From NCBI GenBank assembly GCA_963703315.1, contig OY969811.1, forward strand, positions 4,416,001-4,480,000: 64,000 bases of DNA, given 5' to 3'. Shown piece by piece: positions 30,691 to 40,002 of this stretch; the stretch's first letter is position 1; every line of letters begins with the position of its first letter. The notes under the pieces were generated by a model that saw only the letters and a list, made by a program, of their open reading frames with translations, had not been told where the DNA came from and did no database searches. A program made the translations under genes and the position numbers. This DNA comes from an uncultured cyanobacterium. Its GTDB lineage: Bacteria; Cyanobacteriota; Cyanobacteriia; Pseudanabaenales; Pseudanabaenaceae.

Positions 30691-31974
30691 ATGCTTATTG
30701 AGTTCAGCGTTGGCAACTATAGATCTTTTAAAGATAAGGTCACTTTCAGTATGGTGGCTGCAAATCTTAGTGCTAAAGATAAGAAACTTGATGAAAATAA
30801 TATCTTTGCTGTAGATGATGACTTAAATTTGCTCAAGAGTGCTGCCATTTATGGAGCAAATGCTAGTGGTAAAAGCAATATTGCCAAAGCTTTAGATTTC
30901 ATGAAAGACTTCATTATCAATTCATCTAAAGAAACCCAAAGTACGGATGAAATAAATGTAGAGAATTTCAGGCTTAGCACAGAAACTGAGGATAAGCCTT
31001 CTTTTTTTGAGTTAGTGTTTCTATTAAATGGACAAAGATATAGATACGGATTTGAAGTAGATCAAAGTAGAGTTATTTCTGAGTGGTTATTTTTCTTTCC
31101 TTTATTCAAGGAAAGAAGATTGTTTGAGCGCAATACTGATACCTTTAAGATTTCTCGAATCTATAAGGCTAATAGAATTCAGGAGCTAACTAGAAATAAT
31201 GCACTTTTTCTATCTGTTTCTGCTCAGTTCAATATTGAAATTGCAAAGCAAATTTTGGCATGGTTATCTAAACAGTTAAACATCATTTCTGGCTTAGAAG
31301 ATGATACTTATTTAGGATATACTCTCAATTACTTATCAGAAGAAGAAAATAAAAGTGAGATTTTACAACTAATTAAGAAATTAGATGTAGGTATTAGCGA
31401 TATAGAAATTGGGCATACAGAAATCACTTCTGATATACTTCCTGATTGGATGTCTGATGAAGTTAAAAAATCAACTATTGAGAGTGGAACTAAGGGGATA
31501 ATAGTTAGTACATTACATAAAAAATTTGACGATAACGGTAAGCATTTATCAAATGAAAAGTTTTATTTAGTCTACGATGAATCTGAAGGAACTCAGAAAT
31601 TGTTTGCCTTAGCGGGACTATTAATTGATACACTCAAAAATGGTAGTGTGCTTATTTTTGATGAACTAGATGCAAGACTTCATCCATTAATTAGTCTAGC
31701 GATTGTTGAATTATTTAACTCAAATGAGACAAATCCTAATAATGCTCAATTAATATTCATGACCCACGATACTAATTTGCTTAGCAATAAGATTTTTCGT
31801 AGAGATCAAATATGGTTCACTGAAAAAGATAAATATGGTGCAACAAATTTATACTCTTTAGCCGAATATAAAGTACGCAATGATGCCTCATTTGAGAATG
31901 ACTATATAAAGGGTAAATATGGCGCAATACCCTATATTGGCAACTTAAATACTTTAATCAGTTCCCATGAATAA
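30691..31974 (+). CDS. AAA_21 / RloA (AbiLi-like) ABC-type ATPase
   Basis: 'FSVGNYRSFKD', 'YGANASGKSN', 'ESEGTQKLF', 'DELDARLHP', 'QLIFMTHD', 'RRDQIWFTEK', 'GKYGAIP'. Confidence 0.88.
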   Translation: MLIEFSVGNYRSFKDKVTFSMVAANLSAKDKKLDENNIFAVDDDLNLLKSAAIYGANASGKSNIAKALDFMKDFIINSSKETQSTDEINVENFRLSTETEDKPSFFELVFLLNGQRYRYGFEVDQSRVISEWLFFFPLFKERRLFERNTDTFKISRIYKANRIQELTRNNALFLSVSAQFNIEIAKQILAWLSKQLNIISGLEDDTYLGYTLNYLSEEENKSEILQLIKKLDVGISDIEIGHTEITSDILPDWMSDEVKKSTIESGTKGIIVSTLHKKFDDNGKHLSNEKFYLVYDESEGTQKLFALAGLLIDTLKNGSVLIFDELDARLHPLISLAIVELFNSNETNPNNAQLIFMTHDTNLLSNKIFRRDQIWFTEKDKYGATNLYSLAEYKVRNDASFENDYIKGKYGAIPYIGNLNTLISSHE

Positions 31975-32563
31975 AAGGAAAGTCAATTCTCGTGGTTATT
32001 CATCAAGAAAGATTGATACGAGAGAAGTTAAACAGAGATTTTTAATTGTCTGTGAGGGAGAAAAAACAGAACCTAACTACTTTAGAAGTTTTCGTGTCCC
32101 TAAAAATGTCATAGATGTACGTGGAGTTGGAGAAAATCCAAGTAGATTAGTTCAAAGTGCCATAGATCTAAAAAATCAAGATGAATATGATCAAGTTTGG
32201 TGTGTATTTGATCGCGATGATTGGTCTGAACATGATTTTAATAACGCCATTAAAAATGCCAAAAAGGAAGGCTTTGAAGTCGCATATTCTAATGAAGCAT
32301 TTGAATTATGGTATCTCCTCCATTTTGAATTTCTAAGCACGGGGATTCCTCGCAGAGACTACATCCTGAAATTAAACTCTTTCCTAGGACATAGATACAA
32401 GAAAAATAGCGAGTCCATCTATGATGAATTATTGGAGAAACAATCTACTGCTATTAAAAATGCTGAAAATCTTGTCAAAGAATATAATCCTCATGTTCCA
32501 TCGAGAGATAATCCATCTACAGCGGTGCATTTGTTAATCAAAGAACTCAATAAATTTATTTAG
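31967..32563 (+). CDS. RloB family (TOPRIM-like) protein
   Basis: 'LIVCEGEKTEPNYF', 'VWCVFDRD', 'SNEAFELWYLLHF', 'NPST.V'. Confidence 0.9.
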   Translation: MNKRKVNSRGYSSRKIDTREVKQRFLIVCEGEKTEPNYFRSFRVPKNVIDVRGVGENPSRLVQSAIDLKNQDEYDQVWCVFDRDDWSEHDFNNAIKNAKKEGFEVAYSNEAFELWYLLHFEFLSTGIPRRDYILKLNSFLGHRYKKNSESIYDELLEKQSTAIKNAENLVKEYNPHVPSRDNPSTAVHLLIKELNKFI

Positions 32564-32682
32564 CGATCGCCTGATTCACAGAATTAAGCGCTCAATCGCA
32601 TCATATTATAGTGACTTTTGCATGAATAATATAAGACAAAGATTGGTGGTGTAATTTGTCTTAGCAAGTAATATAACTAGAA

Positions 32683-33815
32683 TAGGACTTACGCATTGAC
32701 AGAAATAGCGAGATATGAAGTCAAACTGAGACAGATTGTGTGAGATTTTCCAAGATAAATTGACGAATGACAGGTATAAATAAATCCCTCGATACCTGAT
32801 ACAAATTATCGATTAAGCCATCAATTCGCATCTTTTGTAACTTGGCAAAAGCACGGAGGGAGCAAAAGAAATGATTACGAATCGCTTGTGTATCCCTGAC
32901 CTGAAAGCGCTCAATATTACAAACTTGCTTGATAACCCTGTGGAAACATTCAATTTGCCAATGTCTGTCATGGACTTGTTTGAACTCTATGCGAGTGAGT
33001 TGTTTGAGTGCTTCTAAATCTTGGAGGTGAAGGATGTAATATCGAGCTTCGTTTTTGAAGTCCTGACGAAACACCTTGACCCAGCCGAATTCTTTGAGAT
33101 AGACCACTAACCCACTATCAGTAATCTCCAAGGTTTGTATCTGAACTTCTTTGCCTTGTTCTTGAGAAACTTTACGATTGTTGGCAACTCCAACTAGAAA
33201 ACCTACCCCCTCGTTTCTGAGGAATTTCAGATTCTCAAGACTTGCATACCAACTATCACCCGTCACCCAATTCGGCTTCAGACCCCAGTCTCGGATTTGT
33301 CTCATCATCTCTAAAAAATAGTCGTTTTTAGTCTTGCCCTCCTGTTTATCATAAATCCGAAAGTTCACTGGATATGCGTTTCCTGCTATATCGGTGTAAT
33401 ACAAGGTAATCAGGTTGAGACCCTTAACGGTTCGTTTGTGTTTCCCTGACCAAAAGTATCCCAATAACTCTGTTCTTTTGAGGTCACGGTAAGGCTTATC
33501 CACGACACTATCATCAATACTCGCTGTTCCTCCTTCAAAAATAAGTTCCCCTTTCACCTCGTCAAACAAGTCTTGGGGTGTGTAATTTTCCCGCAATAAA
33601 AAACGGTTCACACTGTCGTGACTCAACTCTGACATGATCTCCGCTAGGCGCAGACAACTCACATACTTTGGTTCAGCCAGCAAATATAAAGTGTAGAGGT
33701 TGCAATTACACTTAGCTGTTGAGGGTTTTGACTGTTCTCTCACTCCAACACCATCAGATAAACGCTTGCTTTACAATCATCATATCTTTACTATTTTGTC
33801 AATGCGTAAGTCCTA
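32683..33815 (-). mobile_element. Complete IS701-family insertion sequence (1133 bp)
   Basis: TIRs taggacttacgcattgaca(g)aaatag / ctattttgtcaatgcgtaagtccta; 5-bp direct repeat TAGAA at 32678..32682 and 33816..33820. Confidence 0.9.
32721..33743 (-). CDS. IS701-family DDE transposase
   Basis: 'SHDSVNRFL', 'IDDSVVDKPY', 'WSGKH', 'GDSWY', 'WQIECFHR..KQ'. Confidence 0.9.
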   Translation of the reverse strand: MREQSKPSTAKCNCNLYTLYLLAEPKYVSCLRLAEIMSELSHDSVNRFLLRENYTPQDLFDEVKGELIFEGGTASIDDSVVDKPYRDLKRTELLGYFWSGKHKRTVKGLNLITLYYTDIAGNAYPVNFRIYDKQEGKTKNDYFLEMMRQIRDWGLKPNWVTGDSWYASLENLKFLRNEGVGFLVGVANNRKVSQEQGKEVQIQTLEITDSGLVVYLKEFGWVKVFRQDFKNEARYYILHLQDLEALKQLTRIEFKQVHDRHWQIECFHRVIKQVCNIERFQVRDTQAIRNHFFCSLRAFAKLQKMRIDGLIDNLYQVSRDLFIPVIRQFILENLTQSVSV

Positions 33816-33868
33816 TAGAAATCTATATTATTAGGAATTGCCTGCGCTAAGATAGAGCAAAAACTGAT

Positions 33869-35113
33869 ATGTCAAATAGTTCTAGCGATCGCCGCCAACG
33901 TAGTTCTAAATCCAAAAAAGTTTCGCGACTCAAACGCTTTTTTAAATGGTTAGAATGGCGATTTGCGACACCAGAATTTATTGGGGGAATGTATAGTGCT
34001 TTAACAGTGTTCTTCTTTATGGCGGCGACTAATACCCTTGCGGGTTGGTTGTATGTGATTAGTGGCGTGAGTTTTGCGCTGTTGATTGTGGGGGCGGTGA
34101 TGCCCAAGAGGTTACTGGCAGAAATCGTGGTAGGGCGATCGCCGATTGATCCTGTCAGTGTTGGCGATGATTTATGGATCGATTTGATTATTCAGAATAC
34201 AGGTCGAACGGAGAAGCGGTTATTGGAAGTGCGCGATATTTTGCCAGAGGGTATTTCCAATATTTTGCAGCAAGAAGTAGTCATTGAGTTAATTGCACCG
34301 CTTCAGGAATATCGCTGGACTTACGAAGCCCCAACCACAAAACGCGGCGTGTTTTTATTTCGATCTACAGAAATTGCGACTTCCAGTCCATTAGGTCTAT
34401 TTCGGAGTCGTCGCGCCTGTCCATCAGGGCAGAAGGCGATCGTTTATCCTACTGTACTGCCCTTAGATCGTTGTCCCCTAGTTGATCAATTGGGAAGTGA
34501 TACCAATCCTCGCCAGTATAGTGATGATCAGATTTATAGTAATGCGACAGAAGGCTTAACGAAGACCTTGCGTCCCTATCGCTGGGGTGATCCGACCCGA
34601 CTAATCCATTGGCGAACTAGTGCTAAATTTGGCGAATTGCGGGTGCGTGAATTGGAAGTTACCATCGGTGGTCAAGAAGTGGCGATCGCCCTTGATACTT
34701 CTACAGGATGGCAATCTGAAGCCTTTGAGGAGGCAGTAGTGGCGGCGGCTTCTCTCTACTTCTACGCGCAGAAATCGAAGTTGAGTGTTAGGCTGTGGAC
34801 ATCAGACACAGGGATCGTACAGAGCGATCGCGCTGTATTAGAAACTCTTGCCGCCGCAAATATTTCTGATGCCGCAACCAAAGTCGATCTGCTGAAGGAT
34901 TTGCCTGATTTACCTGTGGTGTGGCTGTCTCATCGTAATGACAGTATCGCCTATCTGCCCTTTGGGAGTCGCTGGGTACTATGGCAAAATTCTGCAAAAG
35001 TAAATATTCCCAATCAGCGATCGCTAGGTTTAACAATTGAAACTATTTCTGATCCTGATGACGCAAGTTATAGGTCTTTGCGATCTCAACTTCAAGAATA
35101 TTTAATGCCATAG
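33869..35113 (+). CDS. DUF58 domain membrane protein
   Basis: Two N-terminal TM helices; 'PLGLF', 'LRPYRWGDPTRLIHWRTSAK'. Confidence 0.9.
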   Translation: MSNSSSDRRQRSSKSKKVSRLKRFFKWLEWRFATPEFIGGMYSALTVFFFMAATNTLAGWLYVISGVSFALLIVGAVMPKRLLAEIVVGRSPIDPVSVGDDLWIDLIIQNTGRTEKRLLEVRDILPEGISNILQQEVVIELIAPLQEYRWTYEAPTTKRGVFLFRSTEIATSSPLGLFRSRRACPSGQKAIVYPTVLPLDRCPLVDQLGSDTNPRQYSDDQIYSNATEGLTKTLRPYRWGDPTRLIHWRTSAKFGELRVRELEVTIGGQEVAIALDTSTGWQSEAFEEAVVAAASLYFYAQKSKLSVRLWTSDTGIVQSDRAVLETLAAANISDAATKVDLLKDLPDLPVVWLSHRNDSIAYLPFGSRWVLWQNSAKVNIPNQRSLGLTIETISDPDDASYRSLRSQLQEYLMP

Positions 35114-35195
35114 TTCCCAACTTCAAAGGCAAGATCTCCGACTTTTTCTGTGAATAACGCTAAGTACAGGACAAAAATCTGCAAACAATTTTGAC

Positions 35196-35269
35196 GTAGG
35201 GGTAGAGCATTTGCGCCACAATTTCTCAACTTTTCGCTAGAATCTCGATCCGCAAATGCTCTACCCTTT
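35196..35269. repeat. GTAG-headed REP-like element (copy 2)
   Basis: gtaggggtagagcatttgcg...cgcaaatgctctaccc; homolog of 21486..21559. Confidence 0.75.
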
Positions 35270-35341
35270 CCGCAGTTGAGGATTAGCCTGCGATTGCGTT
35301 AAGTTTAGGGCAGAGCATTCCTGTGTATAAATACAAGCTTC

Positions 35342-36517
35342 TTACAAATTCTCATATAAGTCGGCAATGATGATGTTAGAGAATAACCAGCCATCGGGAG
35401 CAATTAACATGATCCGAATATCTTCTGATTGCTCCACAAATTTGACCCAATGCTTTGCTTGATAAGGATTGAGAATCTGTAAGGCGCGATCGCAAAGTTC
35501 CTTTCCATACCTTAATTGCAGTGCATTTAAACTTAACCCTGCTGCTAAGCGTAAACCCTGCATCAGCGTATCCATTAACTCTTCTCTGTCATCAATTACA
35601 GGAACCGTGAAGCCTATGCCTGACTCTTGCCATTGCGCGATCGCCTCTAGATATTCACGCATCTTCCGAGGACGATCAATTCTTTGACGATTGATATAAC
35701 TAGTTGCGCCCATACCCATGCCATAAAAGGGTTGGTTGTACCAATAGGTCAAATTATGCTGTGCTTGATAGCCAGATTTCGCGTAGTTCGAGATTTCATA
35801 ATGCTCATAACCCATAGAGGGCAGCAACTCATGGGCGGTGACATACATGGCAACGGTACGATCTTCGGTGGGTAATGGCTGATCCCCAGCTTGATAGCGC
35901 TTTCCAAAGGCAGTTCCTTCTTCGATAGTCAAATCATAAATTGATAGATGGGTGGGATGGAGAGCGATCGCCTCTTGTAGCGACTCTTGCCAATCCGTCA
36001 TCGTTTGATGGGGTAATCCTGAAATTAAATCTAAACTGAAGTTCTCGAAACCGACCTGTTGAATCGCATCCACTGCTTCATAAATTTCCGCAACGCTGTG
36101 ACCACGACCACAGACATCTAATAACTCTTGCTGAAAAGCCTGTGCGCCCAAACTGATGCGATTTACGCCCAAATTGCGATAACCTTGCAAACTCTCGACA
36201 CTCACAGTTCCTGCATTAGCTTCGAGGGATATTTCCGCATGAGGGGCGATCGCGAAGTATTTGGCGATCGTTTCTAGAATTTGCTCAAGCTGCTGGACTG
36301 ATAATAATGATGGCGTACCACCACCAAAAAAGATCGTTTGCAACGGCTCAACGGGCGGAATTTCCGCCACAGTCAGCGCAATTTCTTGACACAGCACATC
36401 TACATATTGTTGTTTGAGATTCTCACCACCTGTCGTAATTGCGAAGTCACAATAAAAACAGCGTCGTTTACAAAAAGGAATATGCAGATATAGAGATTTG
36501 GGGAGGATTTGATTCAC
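35342..36517 (-). CDS. hemW: Radical SAM heme chaperone HemW (HemN-like)
   Basis: 'YLHIPFCKRRCFYCDF', 'FFGGGTPS', 'YEISNY', 'HNLTYW'. Confidence 0.9.
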   Translation of the reverse strand: MNQILPKSLYLHIPFCKRRCFYCDFAITTGGENLKQQYVDVLCQEIALTVAEIPPVEPLQTIFFGGGTPSLLSVQQLEQILETIAKYFAIAPHAEISLEANAGTVSVESLQGYRNLGVNRISLGAQAFQQELLDVCGRGHSVAEIYEAVDAIQQVGFENFSLDLISGLPHQTMTDWQESLQEAIALHPTHLSIYDLTIEEGTAFGKRYQAGDQPLPTEDRTVAMYVTAHELLPSMGYEHYEISNYAKSGYQAQHNLTYWYNQPFYGMGMGATSYINRQRIDRPRKMREYLEAIAQWQESGIGFTVPVIDDREELMDTLMQGLRLAAGLSLNALQLRYGKELCDRALQILNPYQAKHWVKFVEQSEDIRIMLIAPDGWLFSNIIIADLYENL

Positions 36518-36575
36518 AGGCTTGAGGATATCACAAATTAGTGAGGGCGCGGCTTCGCCGCGCCCTCACTAATCT

Positions 36576-37211
36576 TTAAGGATGGACTTGTCCTAAGATT
36601 GCACCGAGGCGATCGTAGTCATCTTTGAGTAAAATACTGAGCTTGCGTCCTGCTTGAACTAACCAATTGCGATCGCATTTTCTGACTTGATAGACATTGC
36701 GTAATACTGCCGCAATTAGCTCATCCACAGGCGCATTAGCCATTTGCACTAGGGTTCTCAAAAAATTTAACTCTTCCGTAAAGTTCTCAATTTCTGACTC
36801 TTCACAAGCATAGACGGCTTGATGGATTTGTGGTGGTTGCGAAGGTAAATGTTGATAGATATTGCCAATGGAGCTAAACCCCAGTAACACGACTTTAATT
36901 TCCGAACGGAGCATTGCAAAGATTTGAGGCTGCTGCTCGCGTAACTCTTGGAGACTCAAGCCTAGAGCTACAGCCCGATGTACTGAATCAATCGGTGCGG
37001 TAGTAGCATGATAAACCACACCATAGGAAATGATCGCGCTATTTTCATCCTGTTGCGACTTCACCCAACTTCCAAAAGCTGGCATCAATGGAAAATCGAG
37101 ATTATTCGGCTCAAGACATTGAGCCAAAAACTCGGTAGTGGAAGTTGCGACTACTTCTGCCAGATGATTGGGATGGCGATCGCGGTTAGATGGATTTGCA
37201 GGTAAGAGCAT
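36576..37211 (-). CDS. Cyanobacterial HAS-barrel-like conserved protein
   Basis: 'AEVVATSTTEFLAQC', 'PAFGSWV', 'EQQPQIFAML', 'LLKDDYDRL'. Confidence 0.7.
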   Translation of the reverse strand: MLLPANPSNRDRHPNHLAEVVATSTTEFLAQCLEPNNLDFPLMPAFGSWVKSQQDENSAIISYGVVYHATTAPIDSVHRAVALGLSLQELREQQPQIFAMLRSEIKVVLLGFSSIGNIYQHLPSQPPQIHQAVYACEESEIENFTEELNFLRTLVQMANAPVDELIAAVLRNVYQVRKCDRNWLVQAGRKLSILLKDDYDRLGAILGQVHP

Positions 37212-37269
37212 GAATTACAGCATGAAGTTAAATTAATAATAATTTCCCTCGCGGAGCGAGGGAAATTAT

Positions 37270-37716
37270 TTAAATATCAAATACGCTATCAGCAGATCTC
37301 CTACCGCCCCAGCGTTTCACGATTTCATCATCATAGATATCGGCACTTTCTAAAACCTCAGTTAATGCCAGTTTAAATTCGTTTTGTTGACAAGAAGTAC
37401 CCAGCAAAGTCACATGAAATCTGATATCACCTTCATCTTCCATGCTAAATCCGCCAAAGCGAAAATGATTATTTTGTTTAAGAAGATATAGCAATAAATC
37501 AGTGTGAACTTCTACACCTGTGGCAACATAAGCCCAAATATAAATAATTGATTCTATTTGCTGAAAGAGACGGATTTCCACAAGCACGGTGGCGGAACCA
37601 AACTGCAAACTAAAGATGGGACTATCAGCTAATGAACTGGCTCGATCGCAAAGTTCGGGTAGCCAATTAGCTACTTTTTGATAACAGTCTTGCTGTGCCT
37701 CGGTGACAAACTTCAC
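37270..37716 (-). CDS. YbjN / T3SS-chaperone-like protein
   Basis: 'FGSATVLV', 'LLKQNNHFRFGGFS', 'ADIYDDEIVKRWGG'. Confidence 0.8.
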   Translation of the reverse strand: MKFVTEAQQDCYQKVANWLPELCDRASSLADSPIFSLQFGSATVLVEIRLFQQIESIIYIWAYVATGVEVHTDLLLYLLKQNNHFRFGGFSMEDEGDIRFHVTLLGTSCQQNEFKLALTEVLESADIYDDEIVKRWGGRRSADSVFDI

Positions 37717-37783
37717 GCCTAAAACTTAACCACTAAATAAAAACTCTTAAGAGTTTACCGCAATCTTATTGTTTCAAACATGA

Positions 37784-37897
37784 CATAGCAAAGAAAGTTT
37801 TGCTGAGGACATAAAACCAGCAGTGAATAGCTACACTTATCGCCGCCCCTCACTTCTGGGATTTTGATTGGTAATAGCTAACTCTTGCTTTGCTATA
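37784..37897. mobile_element. Degenerate TATAGC-ended MITE (114 bp)
   Basis: Ends catagcaaag / ctttgctata; shares aggacataaaacc and ttttgatt with 16251..16365. Confidence 0.55.
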
Positions 37898-37951
37898 TTT
37901 TAAGTTAAAGATCGTTTAAGACTTCTGCAAGAATGACGTAAAAGATTGATT

Positions 37952-38395
37952 TTAAAGACTCCGATCTAGCGCCCTCTCTCCACCCCAAGTTTCCATAATC
38001 GCATCATCATATTTGTCAGCCGTTTGCAGGACGGAGGATACTGAGGTTTGCAATTCATCGCGATCGCAAGTTGAACCCACTAAGGTCGTATGAAAACGAA
38101 TATCGCCATCATCGTCGATACTAAAAACCCCAAACTGAAGTTCAGAATTCTTTTTAAGTAAAAATTTCATTAGATCTTGAGTGATCTCGGCTCCTGTCAC
38201 CACATAAGACCAAGTGGAAATGATCGCTTCAGTGTTTCCCCAAGGCAAGACCTCTACAGTTGCCGTCGCTGAGCCGAGGGGCAAAATAAACACAGGCATA
38301 TCGTAGGGAGGCGAATACACATTTTCATATAAGTCATTCAACCAAGGCTGAATCTTTTCATAACAAGCTTGCTGTACGGGTGTCTCGAATTTCAT
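37952..38395 (-). CDS. YbjN / T3SS-chaperone-like protein (tandem paralog)
   Basis: 'MKFETPVQQACYEKI', 'LLKKNSELQFGVFS', 'ADKYDDAIMETWGG'. Confidence 0.8.
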   Translation of the reverse strand: MKFETPVQQACYEKIQPWLNDLYENVYSPPYDMPVFILPLGSATATVEVLPWGNTEAIISTWSYVVTGAEITQDLMKFLLKKNSELQFGVFSIDDDGDIRFHTTLVGSTCDRDELQTSVSSVLQTADKYDDAIMETWGGERALDRSL

Positions 38396-38561
38396 TGCAG
38401 TACCTAAGATTTCAGTCTTGATTCTATCTGCCTAAATGTAACGATTCTGATTGATAAACTTTAGCATCATTAATGTCTCTAAAATGTGTCTAAAATATCT
38501 CTAACTGCGCTTATCCCAACAAGAGAGTTGCGGTGCAAAGCGCCGCAACTCTCTTGTTAAC

Positions 38562-39917
38562 TTAACGTGGTTTCATGCTGCTGATCTTTTGCGATCTGAG
38601 ATATTGTTCAGGGCGATCGGGATCAAAAGTGGCGTTGTCAAAAAAGGTTTCAATGCCGCGTGAAGTCGCAATGGGAATATTCGTGTCAGGTACACCGATC
38701 GCTTTGGCGGCATTTTTCCACAGGTCTTCACGATTCACAGCATTGATTATTTCTGTTGTCTCGATCGCATTAGGCAAAAATCCCCATCGACGATATTCCG
38801 TTAAAAACCATAGGTCATGACTCTTATAGGGATAGGAAGCAGAAATGCCATCATTTGACCAATATTTAATCGGGAACCGCGAAGCATTCAAGTTATCGAT
38901 CTTGAGGATGCCATTTTTCTGTTTAGGACTGTTTTTAAATAGTTCTGAAAACATTTTCATCGGTTCGGAAATGAGATTTCTCCCATCCGTAAAACTTAAA
39001 GCTAGCAAGGTATTTAACTCGATCGCATTCGCAGGATTATCACACCAGATCTGCGCTTCCATAATTGCTTGCAATATTGCTTGAGTCGAGATGGGATATT
39101 TATCGACCCAATCCGCCCGTAGCGCTAATATTTCCCCGGGATAGTTGCGCCAAATTTCGCCCGTAGCGATCGCGGGATCAGCAAGTTTCGCTTCGATTAC
39201 TTGGAATGTGCGCCAACTATCTAGACATAATAAATCAGCTTTATTTTGTTTAACTTGAGCAACGACTTCATCTAAGGGAATTCGCAGAATATCGATATTT
39301 TGTTTGGGAATGATATTCATCGAAGCTAGCCAATACCTAAGCCAGAGATCATAATTACTGCCGATTTCGGCGATCGCCCCATTCATCGGATTACCTAATA
39401 ACTTTGCCACATCTTGAAATGGCGAAAAAGGAGCGCGTTGTAATTGAATACCAAAGGGCTTTAATCTTTTTGTAGCCATGATAAAACTTCCGTGAGTATG
39501 CAAACGCATCAGCACATACATCGCGGTTTTGGTATTGTACCGCCTTGTCATCCCCTCATTCAGCAGTTCTGGTAAAGGACTATAGAAATGTCCGCCATCA
39601 ATACCATCATCATTGGAGCCTAAGACAGTGCGATCGCGGATCGCTCGCCATGATTTGAAGGGAACTAGCTCCACATCAGTCATGCCATATTTGGCGAAGA
39701 GTTTTTGACTTTTGGCAACTAAAAGCGGTGCAACTTCTAGGGAGGGGATAATCCCTAAACGCACAGATTGAACTTCAGGAATATCCGAAATCGCTGCGTA
39801 ATTAGCAAGCTGCAATGAATTAGTTGGCAAAGAGTTGGACGTACAGTTATTAAGCAATACTGTACTTGCAGCCATACCCGCCGTTGCCAGAAATTTGCGT
39901 CTGGAAAGTTGATTCAT
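38562..39917 (-). CDS. NrtA/CmpA-family ABC substrate-binding lipoprotein, divergent
   Basis: Tat-like 'SRRKFL' plus Cys; 'FAKYGM', 'DLWLRYWLA', 'SYPYKSHDLWFLTE..RWG', 'VNREDLW', 'SRGIETFFD'. Confidence 0.85.
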   Translation of the reverse strand: MNQLSRRKFLATAGMAASTVLLNNCTSNSLPTNSLQLANYAAISDIPEVQSVRLGIIPSLEVAPLLVAKSQKLFAKYGMTDVELVPFKSWRAIRDRTVLGSNDDGIDGGHFYSPLPELLNEGMTRRYNTKTAMYVLMRLHTHGSFIMATKRLKPFGIQLQRAPFSPFQDVAKLLGNPMNGAIAEIGSNYDLWLRYWLASMNIIPKQNIDILRIPLDEVVAQVKQNKADLLCLDSWRTFQVIEAKLADPAIATGEIWRNYPGEILALRADWVDKYPISTQAILQAIMEAQIWCDNPANAIELNTLLALSFTDGRNLISEPMKMFSELFKNSPKQKNGILKIDNLNASRFPIKYWSNDGISASYPYKSHDLWFLTEYRRWGFLPNAIETTEIINAVNREDLWKNAAKAIGVPDTNIPIATSRGIETFFDNATFDPDRPEQYLRSQKISSMKPR

Positions 39918-39938
39918 AGTGTTTGACAAGCAACACTT

Positions 39939-39987
39939 TAAAGAAAGATATTTGGCGCGGCGAAGCCGCGCCAAATATCTTTCTTTA
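39939..39987. terminator. 23-bp-arm GC-core palindrome downstream of wecB
   Basis: taaagaaagatatttggcgcggc-gaa-gccgcgccaaatatctttcttta. Confidence 0.75.
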
Positions 39988-40002
39988 TTTTACTGTGAGT
40001 TT

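Noticed and set aside
39918..39974. N-terminal extensions given by the ORF track (also 3621..3677 and 3457..3516)
   Set aside because: They translate through palindromic repeats; downstream ATGs give family-typical N-termini.
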